A DNA stretch of 64,000 nt from Tubulanus polymorphus (taxonomy: Eukaryota > Animalia > Nemertea), in NCBI RefSeq assembly GCF_964204645.1, contig NC_134028.1, positions 2,852,001-2,916,000 on the forward strand, read 5' to 3'. Position 1 is the first letter of the stretch, and each line of letters starts with the position of its first letter. Positions 12,531 through 26,647 of the stretch are shown here, in pieces. Below the pieces are notes generated by a model. The model was not told the DNA's origin and did not search any database. It worked only from the letters and a program-made list of their open reading frames with translations. The position numbers were made by a program, and so were the translations under genes.

Positions 12531-15500
12531 AAGAGATAGGGTGTTTTTTTAAACAACATATTCTGACGTCATTGAAACGCGGCAGTAAGCCGTGGTGAAT
12601 ATACGCTTCATCGATCAGATAATATATAGTCTATTGATCGCGGTGTAGTAACATCATCATCGATTGAATGTACACCAGACAGGAATGCCATAAAATATAC
12701 TATTACAGTCTAACTGATTAACTTTCCTAACACTTCCGACTGCTTACATATCATAACTTCATTATCTTCAGTTTTATGACTCGAGGCTAGAATTTTAAAG
12801 TCAATACTAAGTCACGAAGAAGAGTCAAGAACTCATTATTGTCCGCTTCAATGGATGAAGGAATCTAGAGTTTAAGTTCTGAGCGGCCAGTCTCTCAATA
12901 ACTGGTGGATAGTTAAAATAGTGACCATTAAAAGTCCTTTGTTACTATGGTATTCATCCGTTGGTTATCTTTAACCAACTTTTGAACAACTGGCTCCAGT
13001 ATTTAAAAAGCATTTAATTCCTGCCCATCACAAGTCTATTTACCCTGCTCTAAGGAGGTCGAAGGTCGACTGTGACATCATTGTCAGTCGCGATGAACTT
13101 CTCAACTTCTCAATTTCGTCAGTTGCAAGACCACATAGGTCAGTTGCAACTGGGAGAGATGCGATCAGTCACGTCGCGTTACAGGAATTAGAATATGTGT
13201 GACTTGTTGCGACTGGCATCGCTGGCAGTCTCCATGACATGTAGATCGATAGGTATGCAACACAATCTGGCAGTCGCAGATAAACGTAACGCAAAAAGTC
13301 CCTGGTAGTCGCAAGGCCGGAGCTGCTTTTTGACCATTCTCTACATTGCTTTTTGATCCGCCTTTGTAGATTCTAGGTAAATGAATTTTCACATTGTCGG
13401 GTCAAAAAATGTTGCTAGCGTATGATTCTGAATTGCATTCATTCCTCAGTATTGGTGAAAGTAAGAATTCCCGTGAAGCCAAACACAATAGTAACATTCC
13501 AATTGTTCGAGATTTCAATCTGATTCACAAGTTTCATGAAATCATTTCAGTGCAAGTAATGTTGATGATGATACCGGAGTTGGGATAATCAGCTGCAAAC
13601 CATCAGCGATTGAAATCTATTGTAATCTTTCGAACAGAACATTTCACCAAGGCTACCAAAACAACGATTAGATCGTTCCAGTTACCGGGTATTACCCACT
13701 TATCAACACCATAGATGATTCCAGAGATTTAGAAATTCTAATAGTTTAACTGTAGTCAAATTCTAACCCGTTGCATCTGTAATCTGAACCAGAAAATCAG
13801 ACCTTCAATTGACACAATTTTCAAATAGACACCATATCAAACGATAATAAGACTACCATACTATACAGAAAACTACTACATTCATTATAAGCTTACTAGA
13901 AAGTAAATATCCATCAAATTGGGAGTAAGGCCACACGCAAGGTTGTAGAATCCTCTCGTATTGAGATAGGTATCCATATGCCATGATGTTGAAGTGAGAA
14001 ATTAACACCACTTCATTAATTAGCACCAAAACAAGTCGCTAATTTCTCGGGAAATCCTTCTACCAGTCTACCAGCCGATCAAATACATAGTATATACGCT
14101 TAATATATTTTTGGGGATGAATTGGACATTGACGACTAGTGCCGATCACAGCTGATCAGCAAATCAGCGTTGAAAAAAGTTCATGACATTTTTATACACG
14201 GCTTCATTGACTAAACAATAGCGCGACCCACGTGCCCAATTCTGGTGAATGTGGCGACCTACCCCGTTCTGATGAACGCGGCTTACCGCGGTTAAAACCA
14301 CGGCGATCAAGGCCTTCTTTATTTTTCAATCATCAATTGACCGGCTTAAGAGTATCGGGCACGCGGGCGCAGAATCGAATCTCGTTGAGACGCCTTCTAT
14401 TCACTGAACAATAATCCCTCTATCACGAATCATGTAAAATCAAATCTCGTTTTAGAGAATAAAGTCAAATTTTAATTATAGCTGTTAAACCAAACGTGCA
14501 TCGCCATTTAACGCATTGATTCCCCGTAAACCATATGAAACATTGAAATAAGTTCATCTGCGTATTAAAGTTAGATTTCTTAACATTGAAAATACACAAA
14601 TTTTAGAGAGAACTCATCAGAGACAATGATTCTTACATCTATAAAGATCCATAGAGTTTTCTTAAACCGTATGAAATATGTTAAGATTAAAAAGAAGTGC
14701 AGGAAAATATTTGCAAGAGAATCTGTTGAAAATCTTTAGAAAGGAATCCAATCTATTCAGCTGTCTTACCTGTTACTGACTATAGACTCAAAATAACAGT
14801 TCATTTTCGATTATCTTTAACTCCTCAAGCCAAATTGAATTCACAACACTTAAAAGTTGTAGTCCGCGCAATTTCACCATCTCAGAATATTTGAATATAT
14901 TTTTAAAGTACACGTAGCACCAAGCGATAAAAACCTAATCGTTGTCTGCGTTGAAATATCAATACGTGCTCCGGAAAGAAAATAGCCACGAATTTCTCGG
15001 TAAAAGCAAAGGAAAACAATAAGAACCAAGCGAAAACATAGAGCAGGTACAACTCAACTAAGACAAGTTGAAAACTGGGGAATTCTTTGAAGATTACACC
15101 GAGAATCTTAAGGGTTTATCAATCATCATCTAACAGTGTGTCTAAGATTGGTCTATACAGTCTTATTTAAGGCAAAAACCTTGTGACAGAATCTTCATTT
15201 TCAAAAAAAATTTGATACTAAAGCCTATCATAAAAGCAATCTAATAGTGCAACTCTCATAATGCGAACAACACGGTAAAAACTGTGCAAGCGGGAAGTGT
15301 AAAAAGTCAAGGTTTTCCTAATCTTGAAGCCGTCCACAAACAACAGCACACATTGTTCTCAATAAATCCAGTTTAATTCGTTCAGTTATGAAAAGATTTT
15401 CTTCCGGTTTCGTAAACAAGCTCTAAAAAAATTAACAAAGGCCGCGTTTTCTTAACATCAGGAATTTTCATTCACGTGACTAGAAAATTTCGAGGCACTT

Positions 15501-18500
15501 TCCGCAAATTTTCGCGATAGAATATAGTTCGGAGCTTCCTTGGTTTATAACGCTTGAAGTCACGCTTGAAGTCATCGGAAAGAGTTCAAAACCCCTGAAG
15601 ACAATATCGACAGAGCCTGCGGTGAAACTTATATCTAGAAATCTAACAACAAGATGCTTTGAATAAGAGAACGGATATCTAAGATAATAGATGAATTAAA
15701 TCACCCGCGATGATTGAACTCTGCAGTTCAAGTGTCCACTTTAATTGAACTGGCGCGCCCGCTCGCCGCTCCGTGGAAATTCCACGGAGCTGCGGCCCCG
15801 ATAATTGGCAATAAGTATGAAAACATGTCCAGTCGTAAAACCCGGCGGGCAAGTTCTCCGGGCACGTGACTATATATATGTGGTACTCGTGTTAATGGTA
15901 TGTTAGGAATGGAGTCTAGTTGACACTGGGCCTCAAGAGTTTCACCGAGGGCTTCATTCATAACAAAGAGTTCAACATTTTCCATTATTGACCACAATAA
16001 CTGACCATAAGGTCATTTAATCGTTCTAGCCATGAATTGATAAATTCCCCCAGGCTAACATATAAAACGCCTTCCCTTTTGGACAATGTGTCCTATTTGA
16101 AATAATGATAAATATTTATTCACCTTATAAATTTAGTAGTAAGCCCAAAAACTTCTTACCCCATCCTCAAATCCTGTGATTTAGGAGTCATTTTTTCGAT
16201 TCAGGAGCCTTTAACACAAGCGTGTGGTGGAAGAATCTAGTTGATTTGGTCATTTCAGAAATGAATTTGACCAACCGCCCTGAAAGTCTCGGGGACGCCC
16301 ATGGGTGAGGTGCTCGAAAAGGAAAAGAAAGGCTGATAGCATTCTCGGAGACGTGGAGTTAATGAAGATGGTGAAAAAGTTCTGTCGCGAGTAGCTTGAC
16401 CTCGATCAGGGTTGAAGTTTAACCCCTGAATCAAGTGTTCTCCAGACTCTTCACTTCTTGCATGAATGATCATCTCCACACAAACAAAGCTACCGTTGAT
16501 TGTTATCGCAATTTTACGATTATTTTACCATTTCCGCAGTAGTCTGAACGGGCGATTAATAAAATCATAAACATCTCAATCCGAAGAAAAGAGTTTTTAT
16601 AACATCAGCAATAATGACACTCGAACTATTGACTAAAAACGGAACAGAACCATAAATAAAATACCCCCTCTTCTGGAACAATCGTTGAAAAGCTGAACAG
16701 TTTTAAGGAACTATATGCTCTGGTCATTAATTACCATCGGTTCATTATCACATCTATTGTCAGGTGCAGTTAGAAATGGGTTCGAAGATCTCTCCACGAC
16801 TAATGTCAATATCATTAGTTAGGATTTGACGACCAGCACATGTTGGTAGACTCCAAAATGGACAGCGTTGCTAGCCACCCGCAATTGAACGGCTTATCCA
16901 GCAACAGTCCATCCATCCATCTATCCATGGCTTCATTGAATCAAAGCATTCATCCACACGTTCAGATCAAACCAAAAGTTTCTTTAAGCGAAATATAAAC
17001 TAGTTTTTTCACATCACTGAATCATTAAAGTACTTTGTAAACAAGCTCAGATTTGAAGAATAGATATCTGTGAGATTGTTGCGCATATGTATGACCTTGA
17101 AAAGATCATATTTTATACTTTCTAAGCCAGACAGACGTCAATGTTTCACTTTCTTGCAGCTTTATCTCAAAATCTGTATTATTTGAGATAGAAATATATC
17201 AACTATATATATCAATGGATACATATTTCAAGGTCTGTATTTAGTATATAAAAATTTGACATAACTATGTAACTGTTTCCTGAAGAGAATTTCACTTGAG
17301 GAAAGTGGGGGGGGGGTGGGGGTGGGGGCGGGGCGCAGTAATAACATGCATTCATGGAGATAAAAATAATGAAGTTTCTAGACTGTTCATTCAAAACAAT
17401 TAAAATCAGCTGAGTGAGGGGTAATAGTGAGGGGTAATAGACACGAAGATCTCTTTAACTAACAAACTGAGGAATCAATCCTCACAGTTACTTCACAAAC
17501 TGAGGAATCAATCCTCACAGTTACTTCACTGTGTTCAGCTGAGAATGATGAGAAATTAACTGATCACTTAAAAACAGCTCTTACCACCGACATACAGGCC
17601 GTTCATTCATATTACTCAATATAACATTCATCACAAATCCTGACATTTACAATCCGATCGAATCTCCGATCGAATCTCTGTGAATAAATCACGAAAAAAA
17701 ATTCATCTAAAATCATCATTAATTTCTCTGTGTGTGAAACATACCGTCTATAGCAACCATACAGCTTTTAATATCTGATGATGATTAGTTTCTATTTCAT
17801 GATTTTTTTCTTCCTGTTGTGAGGAGTAATCATCGCGATAATGACTGGAAACCAGTCAAACGAATGTCTTGTGTAAATAGTACTGGATTCTGACTAATAG
17901 AGATATCATCAATCAGCTGGCCGAGTGGACGCTGGTCACATCGGTCAGCCGATACATTCTAATGGTCAAGACACACGTCGTAGAGCTGGTCGATAAACAT
18001 TCAGATGTCATTGGAGATAAATCTAGATTGATCGCTCGTCTTACGGATAGAGATTATCTACTAATCCATTTAGACAGGTACAAATTGGTGGCACAATGAG
18101 AGAGAGCGCTGTTTCACCAGAGAGAGACTGATAGAGGTCAGCTGACCAGATTACCCGATAATATCTAAGAGTTAAAAATAAAACGTGTTCTTTTCCATTC
18201 AAAACCTTAAGCCTAGCGCACATCGACACTGCGATTGGAGACAACTAGTTGCAAGGCAGTTTTCGGCGCATGAGAGGAACTGGCTGGATACGATCAGTTG
18301 CTTGAATGTGTCGATGTGAGCGAGCTTACGATTGGTAAGCGTCGATCTATCTCCAGTTCCAGCCAGTTGCCCATGTTCTACTTTTGAGCAACTGGTTGTA
18401 CTCAATCGCAGTCATATCCGTCGATGTGCGCGCTCTGGATCTCGACGATCGACACGCGCCATGCAGTTGCTGCAACTGACCGGTCGTAACTAGATTTCGA

Positions 18501-20011
18501 TGTGCACGGGGTTATCGTTCGGTAGCAACTAGTTGTCTCCAATCGCAGTGTCGATGTGCGCTAGGCTTTATCAGGTGCACTTGGAAATTTACTCCTCAGA
18601 ATTTTGCCTCATAGAAGATATTTGAAAGTTTTTGAAGTTGTTTTTCCGCTTTTTTTCGATCGAGAACGGCGTTTCTTAGATTTCTCGCTGGATCTGACAC
18701 TGACCTCAAATGCCAAATATCAAGGATGTGGTTATCAGACAAGTTGTTTGACCAAAACTCTTAAGAATGATGGCTGGCCCATCAATGATGTTAACCTTAT
18801 AATAAACGTCTGACATCAGGTGTTAATAAACGACATAAAAGCATTAAAGAACATGCGATGAGAATTTTTAATTGTAAGCTCCCGCTACGGTACGTACAGT
18901 ACTAGATATATAGACAGATGAATAGTTGATAGTGAATCATTCGTCTATATTCGTACACTAATCTGTTTTGCTGCCACATTTTACACGTTAAGTGAATCAA
19001 CTCCATGAGCAGGCAAACAACTGTACTAGGGTATATACCACAATGTATATACCCTTCAGTGAGCATTAACAACTTTACTGCCATCATTACATAATGCAAT
19101 ACACACACTCATACGCATTCATCATTTCACTTAATTCAAGATAGGTAATCCATCCATCCATCCATTTAGATCTAAAATACTGCTCAACTAATTTCCAGCC
19201 AGCTTATACTCCAGTCAAACCCGCTTATAACGGATTTTGGTCTAATCTGGACAATATTTGCAGTCAGAAAATGAGTTTCAATCCGGATAATTACTATTAT
19301 AAATCTTTATTGTTAAACCTAGCCATAGATTACTAAATCCAGATCAATTTCAGTCCAAGTCAAGGATCATATGTAAGAGCCAAGAATTTTTGCCCAATCT
19401 TATCATTGTACTTTATCCAACTCTTTTTATTTCTAGTTGTTTCCGTCTTAGAAACAGTTCTCATGTTCACCGAGAACTAGATTACGTCAGTTCTTAATAG
19501 CTAGATCATCACTACAAGTACAACCTATAGTCAGATGTAGATTTCTGGATGGCTCAGTCGATTGACTGTAACAGCGGTTCAGCAGTCTCAGAACAATGGA
19601 AAACAATATCGAGATGTTTATCCGATATACATATATCCCAGGGATAGAGCATCGTGTAAGACTAGGGTTCATTACTACCATGGTATTGTATTGCTGAGTC
19701 TGGTAAACTACCGTCCTTCAAATTCGCTCAAGAAATGAAAAAATAACAGCCTTACGCCAGAAGTTGGTAACTAGAAGTTGGTAACCTCAGCTCAAACTCT
19801 TCGGAAACTGGCCAGTGAGATATTCAGTCGGATATCAAATTAACGCCTTCTTGCACTCTGATTAAACTAATTGGTCGAAGGAATTTGAATCTGAATCTAC
19901 GGGATGGACATGTATAAAAGCTCTGCATGAGGTTAATGAAGTGTATAAAACCTTAGATCAGAAACCGGAGCAGAAACAACTGTAATTTTGTAATGTCTAC
20001 ACCTGTGGCAG

Positions 20012-20048
<37 letters not shown>

Positions 20049-21918
20049 CTCTAATCTTAATGAGTTTTACTCTCTGGACTTTTACTATATTGCACTAAAC
20101 TTGACCACTACCCTCTCCGGAAACGGGTTCATTCATTTCGCGAAAGTGAAAGGCATCATTTGTCATTTATGAGTAAAAAACCTCAGCAGTTCTCTGCTGA
20201 TAATGGTGCTGATAACAAAACCGACAACATTTTGCCACATTGAAGAAATGAAAGCATATTCCAGATCCGAGGATCGGACCACAGATAATATACAGAAAGA
20301 CCACCCAACATCTGACCATTTCCGAGAAAATACAGAATTTTATGATTGATTCTAGCGCTGAGTTTACAATCTGTAGGTAAATAGAGGAGGTATAAACAAC
20401 AGCCTAAATACAGAATAAACCCCTAGTATAAACAACCATTCAGATGGGTGTTGTCCATCCGGTTTTTGTTCATCAACTGAGTTATCAGAAAATATCAATA
20501 AACCGATGAATATTACACCTATATCTGCTCACTATCGACAGGGATGGGGCTGCCAGTCATACTCATAGCTTCATATATACTTTCTACAAATATTTTGTCA
20601 AATAATCACCGGTTATACTGCAAGATTTTCTCTCACAACACAAGTTTACGTAACGCTGCGAGTTTCTTGATGTTTTTCCCAACAAGTCAAAGGCCCTAAT
20701 ACATTCCTTGACCTAAATACATTTCCAAACTTGTAACGGCCATGTTTCAATCATGACTAAAGGTTTCACTTCATTAATGCTTCCGCAAGAACAAGAAAAT
20801 CTCAAAATTTTCATTATCCTATTATGAATTAGTAAAGGTCCTAAGTGGCAGAGAGAGTACCACACATCCGCAGAGTTTCTCGTTGTTTTACAGCCATCTC
20901 ATCAAACCTACGGCAAAAACAACATTCAACTTTGTCGTAAAATATAAGAAGCATTTTACGTCTTTTTTATACACAACGCTTGTTTTCCCACGGTTGGTTG
21001 AATTTTATCAGTAATGAACAGGAACGAGATTTCACGATGAAATCATACACTACTTCCGTAATTCCATTTGGTAGTTGAACAGTAGGATGAGCAGCGCATT
21101 GTTTTCAACAATCTCTACGTGGGAAAAAAACAAAACCAATCACCGTTTAACTAGGATCGCTCTGATAGATTTCACCAGGGGTCGGTCTAGATTACGATAA
21201 AGAGGTTATTGAGATCGTCTCCACTTCCACGTAGCGGTCGGTCACCATTCAGAATCAGACGAGTCATGCTAAAAACTATTAGTGTTATTCTACAAAAACA
21301 ACAAGAGTTTGATACGGATCGTGAGGAGGACGAGTTAAATCCGATCATCTTGATAATGACATGCCTCGAAATGATCGTGCAAGGGCTGGTTCCATGATCA
21401 CGGCTTAGACTTAATAGCATCAGTCAAAAACCATCAACGTAAGATCAGATTTAAGTCTTGGATTTCAGTCTCGACTATGGAACCGGCCCCGGAAGTGAAC
21501 AGAACAAAAAAAACATAAGAAATGAATGAAAACAAAATACAGACATTCGTTAAAAAATCAATGAACAATATTTTAGCAATCGTCAAAAACATGTTTAATG
21601 CATACCATAACTGTAGTATTGAGATTAGTCCGGTTTAGTTGTCCATGCCGAGTAATATCTGTATAAGACCTTACCACCGGTTTGTTGCCTATTATGAGTA
21701 TTATTTTGTTGTTGGGGCTGTTGCTGTTGCTGTTGCGGTTGTTGTTGTTGTTGAGTTGTTACCGGTTTCTGGTTGTTGCTCAGTTTACGTTGTAACTCCA
21801 GTTGTTGTTGGCGTTGTTGTTTCTGGCGCTCTTGTTCCTCTTCGAGTTTTTTGCTAGCGGCGCGACGCGATTTTCCGAGCTTAATCAATCTGTTCAGAAC
21901 CTTTTCGCTGACTGGCAT
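10707..21918 (-). CDS. Putative spliced orphan gene: Q-rich N-terminus, CxxC motif, S/T/P-rich tail (177 aa if two exons)
   Basis: Exon 21918-21675 ([19 protein letters not shown]...poly-Q...TG, donor G|GTAAGG, phase 1) joins in frame to exon 10996-10707 (tttcag|, [15 protein letters not shown]...HKFYCRDCQ...KECKCD*). AATAAA about 200 nt past the stop. A GTAAGT at 10720-10715 could instead continue the gene leftwards. No family recognised. Confidence 0.55.
12397..12535. repeat. (GA)n microsatellite with G runs
   Basis: Directly visible, about 140 bp of pure purine on the + strand. Confidence 0.98.
17462..17529. repeat. 33-bp tandem duplication
   Basis: ACAAACTGAGGAATCAATCCTCACAGTTACTTC twice; each unit contains the inverted repeat TGAGGA-atcaa-TCCTCA. 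Confidence 0.93.
18210..18567. mobile_element. 358-bp Tourist/Harbinger-type MITE with perfect 43-bp TIRs
   Basis: AGCCTAGCGCACATCGACACTGCGATTGGAGACAACTAGTTGC at 18210-18252 and its exact complement at 18525-18567; TTA on both flanks; internal TCGATGTG repeats. Confidence 0.93.
20023..20046. repeat. (GCT)n microsatellite
   Basis: Directly visible. Confidence 0.95.
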
Positions 21919-22586
21919 GACTATACTCTACTACGACACTACGCTTGCTTTAAACTGCACTTTTTCTCGTCAAAATCTCCGCTCGGCTTATTATTATTTT
22001 CATGAATTCCGTCGCAACTTTTTGTTTTAAATCTTCCAAGAATGCGCAACGTTTCAAACTTTACTTCCTTTTCGTGAATCGACTGTTTCCCGTTTCTTTA
22101 GAAAGTCAACGATTTCGATTCCGAGACCGAATCAAATTTTATACGAATAATGATGGAATAAAACACTTCATTAGTGGAGCTAATCTACGCATAAATTAAT
22201 AAATTAATCAATAACGAAAACGCTTTTTCCTTTATAGCGATAACACGAGCGTAAATATTTCTAGATATATTAATTCATATTTAAATAAATAAATAAATTA
22301 TATCAACTTATAGTATATAGATATATATAATATATATTCATGATAAACATTAACATTTGACAACGAATAATAAATTAAAGCTTATATTATCACTACGCGT
22401 ATATATTAATATTAATAATAATAATAATAATCATAATTAAATTACTAATTAATAATTTAGAGGTATCATAATATACAGATTTCGCTTATTTTTTTCTATC
22501 TTTTTAATCCAGATTTTGATGGTCGGAGTCCGAACGAAACAACATTCGTCTCGAGATTTTGAGAACGGGCCGATTGCGAAACGCGT

Positions 22587-22606
22587 ACACACACACACAC
22601 ACACAC
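22587..22606. repeat. (AC)10 microsatellite
   Basis: Directly visible next to the putative TSS. Confidence 0.95.
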
Positions 22607-22672
22607 GCTACTGACGGTGGAGAATTTATTATCGAATCCGGCTACTTTATATACGTTAATCCGGTTACGTAA
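22606..22672 (-). promoter_or_regulatory. TATA-type core promoter of the putative orphan gene
   Basis: TATATAAA on the minus strand at 22653-22646, TCAGT at 22614-22610, palindromic bZIP-type TTACGTAA at about 22664-22671; about 700 nt upstream of the ATG. Confidence 0.45.
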
Positions 22673-22859
22673 GAATGAAGAATGCTGAAAAAATGATCGA
22701 AATTGAGATCAGAAGGTTGCAGGAAAAATTCGAGTCGATATTCGACATTAACATGCTGAAGTTTTCAAACGACGGGTCATCATCACAGGATTAGAGACAG
22801 TCGGAAGGGAATATAGATGCATCGATTGACCTGACTCAGCAGTAACGATGCTACAGCGG

Positions 22860-22904
22860 TGAAGAGGAATGAAGAGGAATGAAGAGGAATGAAGAGGAAT
22901 GAAG
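22860..22904. repeat. 10-bp tandem repeat (TGAAGAGGAA) x4.5
   Basis: Directly visible. Confidence 0.95.
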
Positions 22905-25188
22905 GTGTATGTAGGAAGTTGATTACTGTATGAAACATCTATCTCAGCTGTGGGGATAAGGAGCGTTGATAAACTTCTACATCTGCATATATCACTGGTG
23001 GTACGTGCAGCAGCACAGCAGTTCACGTCCTCGCTTATCTTTAGCAACTTTCTTCAGTGTATCAAACATTTAAGGATTGCAGGTCCCCCCCAGAAAATCA
23101 GCCCTAGGCCCAAGAAAAACTTTTTAGAAAAACTTTTGAGAAAAGTTGTGAAAAATCGTAAATCTAATGCAAATATTTGCCTATGCAGGATATAGGTTTT
23201 TATATCTATATGCATGAAATATAAATCACAACTTCTTGGACTCCAGAATTCGGATAGAGATTTCTCTGATTTTCAGATAAGTGACCAAACAATCATCAAT
23301 GAGGTCGTAAGGAAGCCGAGGCCCGTATGAATTTGGAAGAAATATTATCACGAAAAAAACATGCGCGTCCGAAAAACTCGAAAATTATACTTACTGGAAT
23401 GGGTTAAAGCAGATAATCTGGAGAATGTAGTGTGGTCAGAAACACTCAAAACACGCTAACAAGCAGCTGAACTAGTTTTTTGTTTTATACAAGAACGAAC
23501 GGAATGTAAAATCACAAAGACGAGCCACCGCAGTTAAAACAGCAATATACAAAACTACACCGTCATTTCATCTAATATCCGTCTCGACGGTCAAACTACC
23601 GATGTACGTTCACAAACTGGTCCCTCCTGTACAGGCATTACTATTCCTGTATGCATGCATGTAATGAGTCCGTCTCTCTCAACAGCCACACACATACAAA
23701 CAGCATTCACCTTCCAACACACCTCTACTCTACTGCAAACAGTACCACCAGCTCCACCATCATCAGTAAACAACAACTACGAACCATTCGACTTTTTACC
23801 GGAAGCTACCGCAAAAATTCGCTCGTCGGTACCAGCGTCTGACTGATGGTAAACCATCGTTCAATATGGACGATCGTGTGGGCGACGAACCGGAGAAAAA
23901 CAAGTCGAAATCTGCATTTCATTCCTTACTCGCCGTAGCATATACAAAATAGAAGATTCGAAAGTGAAAATCGTACGCTTCGAAAACCAAGATCCTTCGA
24001 CCGCGATAACTAAACTATCTTTCCATTCCTAGAAAACTATATGACAGAGCGAAAATCTTTCCACGAATGGAAATTTATTACCGTGTTTGAATCATTGGAG
24101 AAGCGACCGCAATGTGACGCGACTAATTCCCAAATATTCCTACGATCGAAAAGATAACGACTTTCTCAGCAGAATCTGATCTACATATAGGATTATGTGT
24201 ATACAGCTCCTGAGCAGCACACGATGCAAAAAACAAGTATGTTTGTTACGAAATACAACCTATACCAGCTGATGAAAACTGGGGCAGCAACTGTTAGGAG
24301 AAAATGACTTAAAAACCTCCATAAACATCATATAGATTTTAAAAAATTGTTTCCGCATGTTTCAAGCTATATTTTAGGATGGTAGAAACATTTTACGCCT
24401 GTAGGACCTACACTACTCCAAACCTGGAAAAAATCTCTACATATATATATATATAGGAAATCACGTTTAGTAAGATTTTAGATAGTTTATGGGCATGCAT
24501 CAAAATATGCATGCAGCATAGTTAATGTTATAAACTCTCATACAGAGCTCGGGTGCAATTACCAGTAATCCAATAGAACTTCAGCGCGACTTCGTTACAA
24601 CGCACTTCAGGTGACCAAATAATCTTTTAAGTATGAGTATTAAAATAGTAATATTTGGGATGAAATTCTAGGTTTGTAATAACTGACAAATCGTTCTATC
24701 CCAGGCCGTTATAACCAGGTTCCGCTGTAGTCCGCTTTGCCACTACGATTTTACAGCTTATCGTACATGCACGTAACTATTCAAAAACTCATGAGCCTAA
24801 ACAAAAACTTTTTTTTAGATAATCATGTTCTTCAATAAAATATTCTCCAATTGCTACTAAATCATTAAAGCCATGTTTCCTCGCTCAATGCATGCTGGCG
24901 TTGTTCACTTTTATGAACCTTGGCATTGACCTTTTCGCTACAATTTTTCCCATGAACATTTTCCCCTGTATCATTGATAGACAATCTTCCTGTCTATGTA
25001 CAACCCACACGATGGCAAAAAGCCAAAAATACTATGCAAAAAATACTACTGCCGACTTAATTCTTGGGAGATGAGAGGAGAGAAAAGAACATTCACCGAT
25101 TCACGTCTCTCATGATACCACCAGTTACTTCATATATCATGAAGTTTTGATTTTAAATTGGCTCGGCATGCACCAACTCGAGATAATA

Positions 25189-25425
25189 CAGCGTTATAAC
25201 GACCTCGGTTATGACCATTCATCGGCCAGTGCAAACCAAACAGGACAATCTTCGCAATTTCCTACTGGATATAATGAACAGAATTTCTGGTCCCCTGGGT
25301 CCAGTTTCGTGAATAAGTTACAGTTAAGTTTGAATAGTTGTCCTCAGTGCAAACATAAAATAACCAATAACCAAAAATGTTTAGCGAAACTGAGCCCTGA
25401 AATTCGTTGTAACAAGGTTACACTG
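25189..25425. mobile_element. Tc1/mariner-pogo-like MITE remnant containing a nested Harbinger-like MITE (25298-25396)
   Basis: Outer ends TA|CAG...CGTTATAAC and GTTGTAAC...CACTG|TA; inner element GGTCCAGTTTC...GAAACTGAGCC flanked by CTG/CTG and related to the 128-bp family. Confidence 0.7.
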
Positions 25426-26647
25426 TATAAAGACAATGAAAAACATTTGCCAAACAAAAATACACACGTTTTCTTGGAAGTGTGGCAGGAAAAATCAGAC
25501 AGACGGACAGGTGGTAATAATACAATTGTGTAATATTCATTGTTACATGTATATTATGATGTCACTGACGATAAGTTACCAGTATTTGTAGTGATGTCAT
25601 AACTAACTCACATTTATGATATATAGACACGATGGATTGCTTTCTAATGTATAAATCTTTATATCATTCACCTGTGCATCGCGCAGACTGGTTTTTATCA
25701 TCAGACAATAAACTACAATTTGGTCACATAAGAAAAATCTTTTGCCTTCGATGCGGAAATAAAGAGCTACAACCGAGCAAGTCATACAACAAGAAAACTA
25801 ACTCGAAACTTTAATGATGCCTTGACAAATAACCAAAAAAATCATCCTGACTGACTTTGATTTGAATTTAGTAGGCGGCATGTACAATATGAAGCCCGTG
25901 CATGAAAAGCTCAACAAGATATCATTTTCAGGGATAAACCTGAAAAGAATGATGAATAATATTTATAATTGAAGGTTTTCTTTACTGCCTTGAATGACAT
26001 TGATATTCAAAGAATCTTCAATGGCTATCATTACTACACAAGAATCAGTAGATTCAGTTTCATTTTAAAGATATGAACCAACGATTAGCGGGAAGGAAAT
26101 AGAATACAGTGTACTAACATAGCACATTCCCCTGCGATGAATACTGAAAAAATAATTGTTGTCATTTCTGTAAAAAGGGGGTAAGCCTCATAAATATTTG
26201 ACAGGCTAATTGTCGACTGTTGGCTGAGCAATCGTGCGCTCCTCAACTCAGAACGGACACAGGAACAATAGAGATGGAAAATAAAACCTGCCCGACTGAA
26301 AAACATCTGCTAAACAATACGAAATAGTTCCCCGAGTAAGATGTCGAAAATATAAACGTCTTTGTTGAGTTAGCTGTCAGTGAGCTGTGCAGCATTCTAT
26401 ACATTGTCTCACGTATAACTATTACAGAGGTTCAACTAGAAACTTTTCCGCGCGCTATCAATCGTAACAAAACAACCACGGCAAATAATACATAAATCAG
26501 ATACGTGAACCATTATAAACCAACAATATCAACGATTCGATTGCCCGATTGATAATTTATCAGCGCCGGTATTTTCATCTCGTTTCCTCTACTGATACTA
26601 TCTCTCTCGTTATAATATAGTTTATTAATACAGTCATATAATCGACT

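Noticed and set aside
12311-12598. ORFs with LSLSLS / ERERER
   Set aside because: Translations of the (GA)n microsatellite
23591-23846. Overlapping short ORFs upstream of the orphan promoter
   Set aside because: Low-complexity CA-rich sequence, no splice partner or recognisable motif
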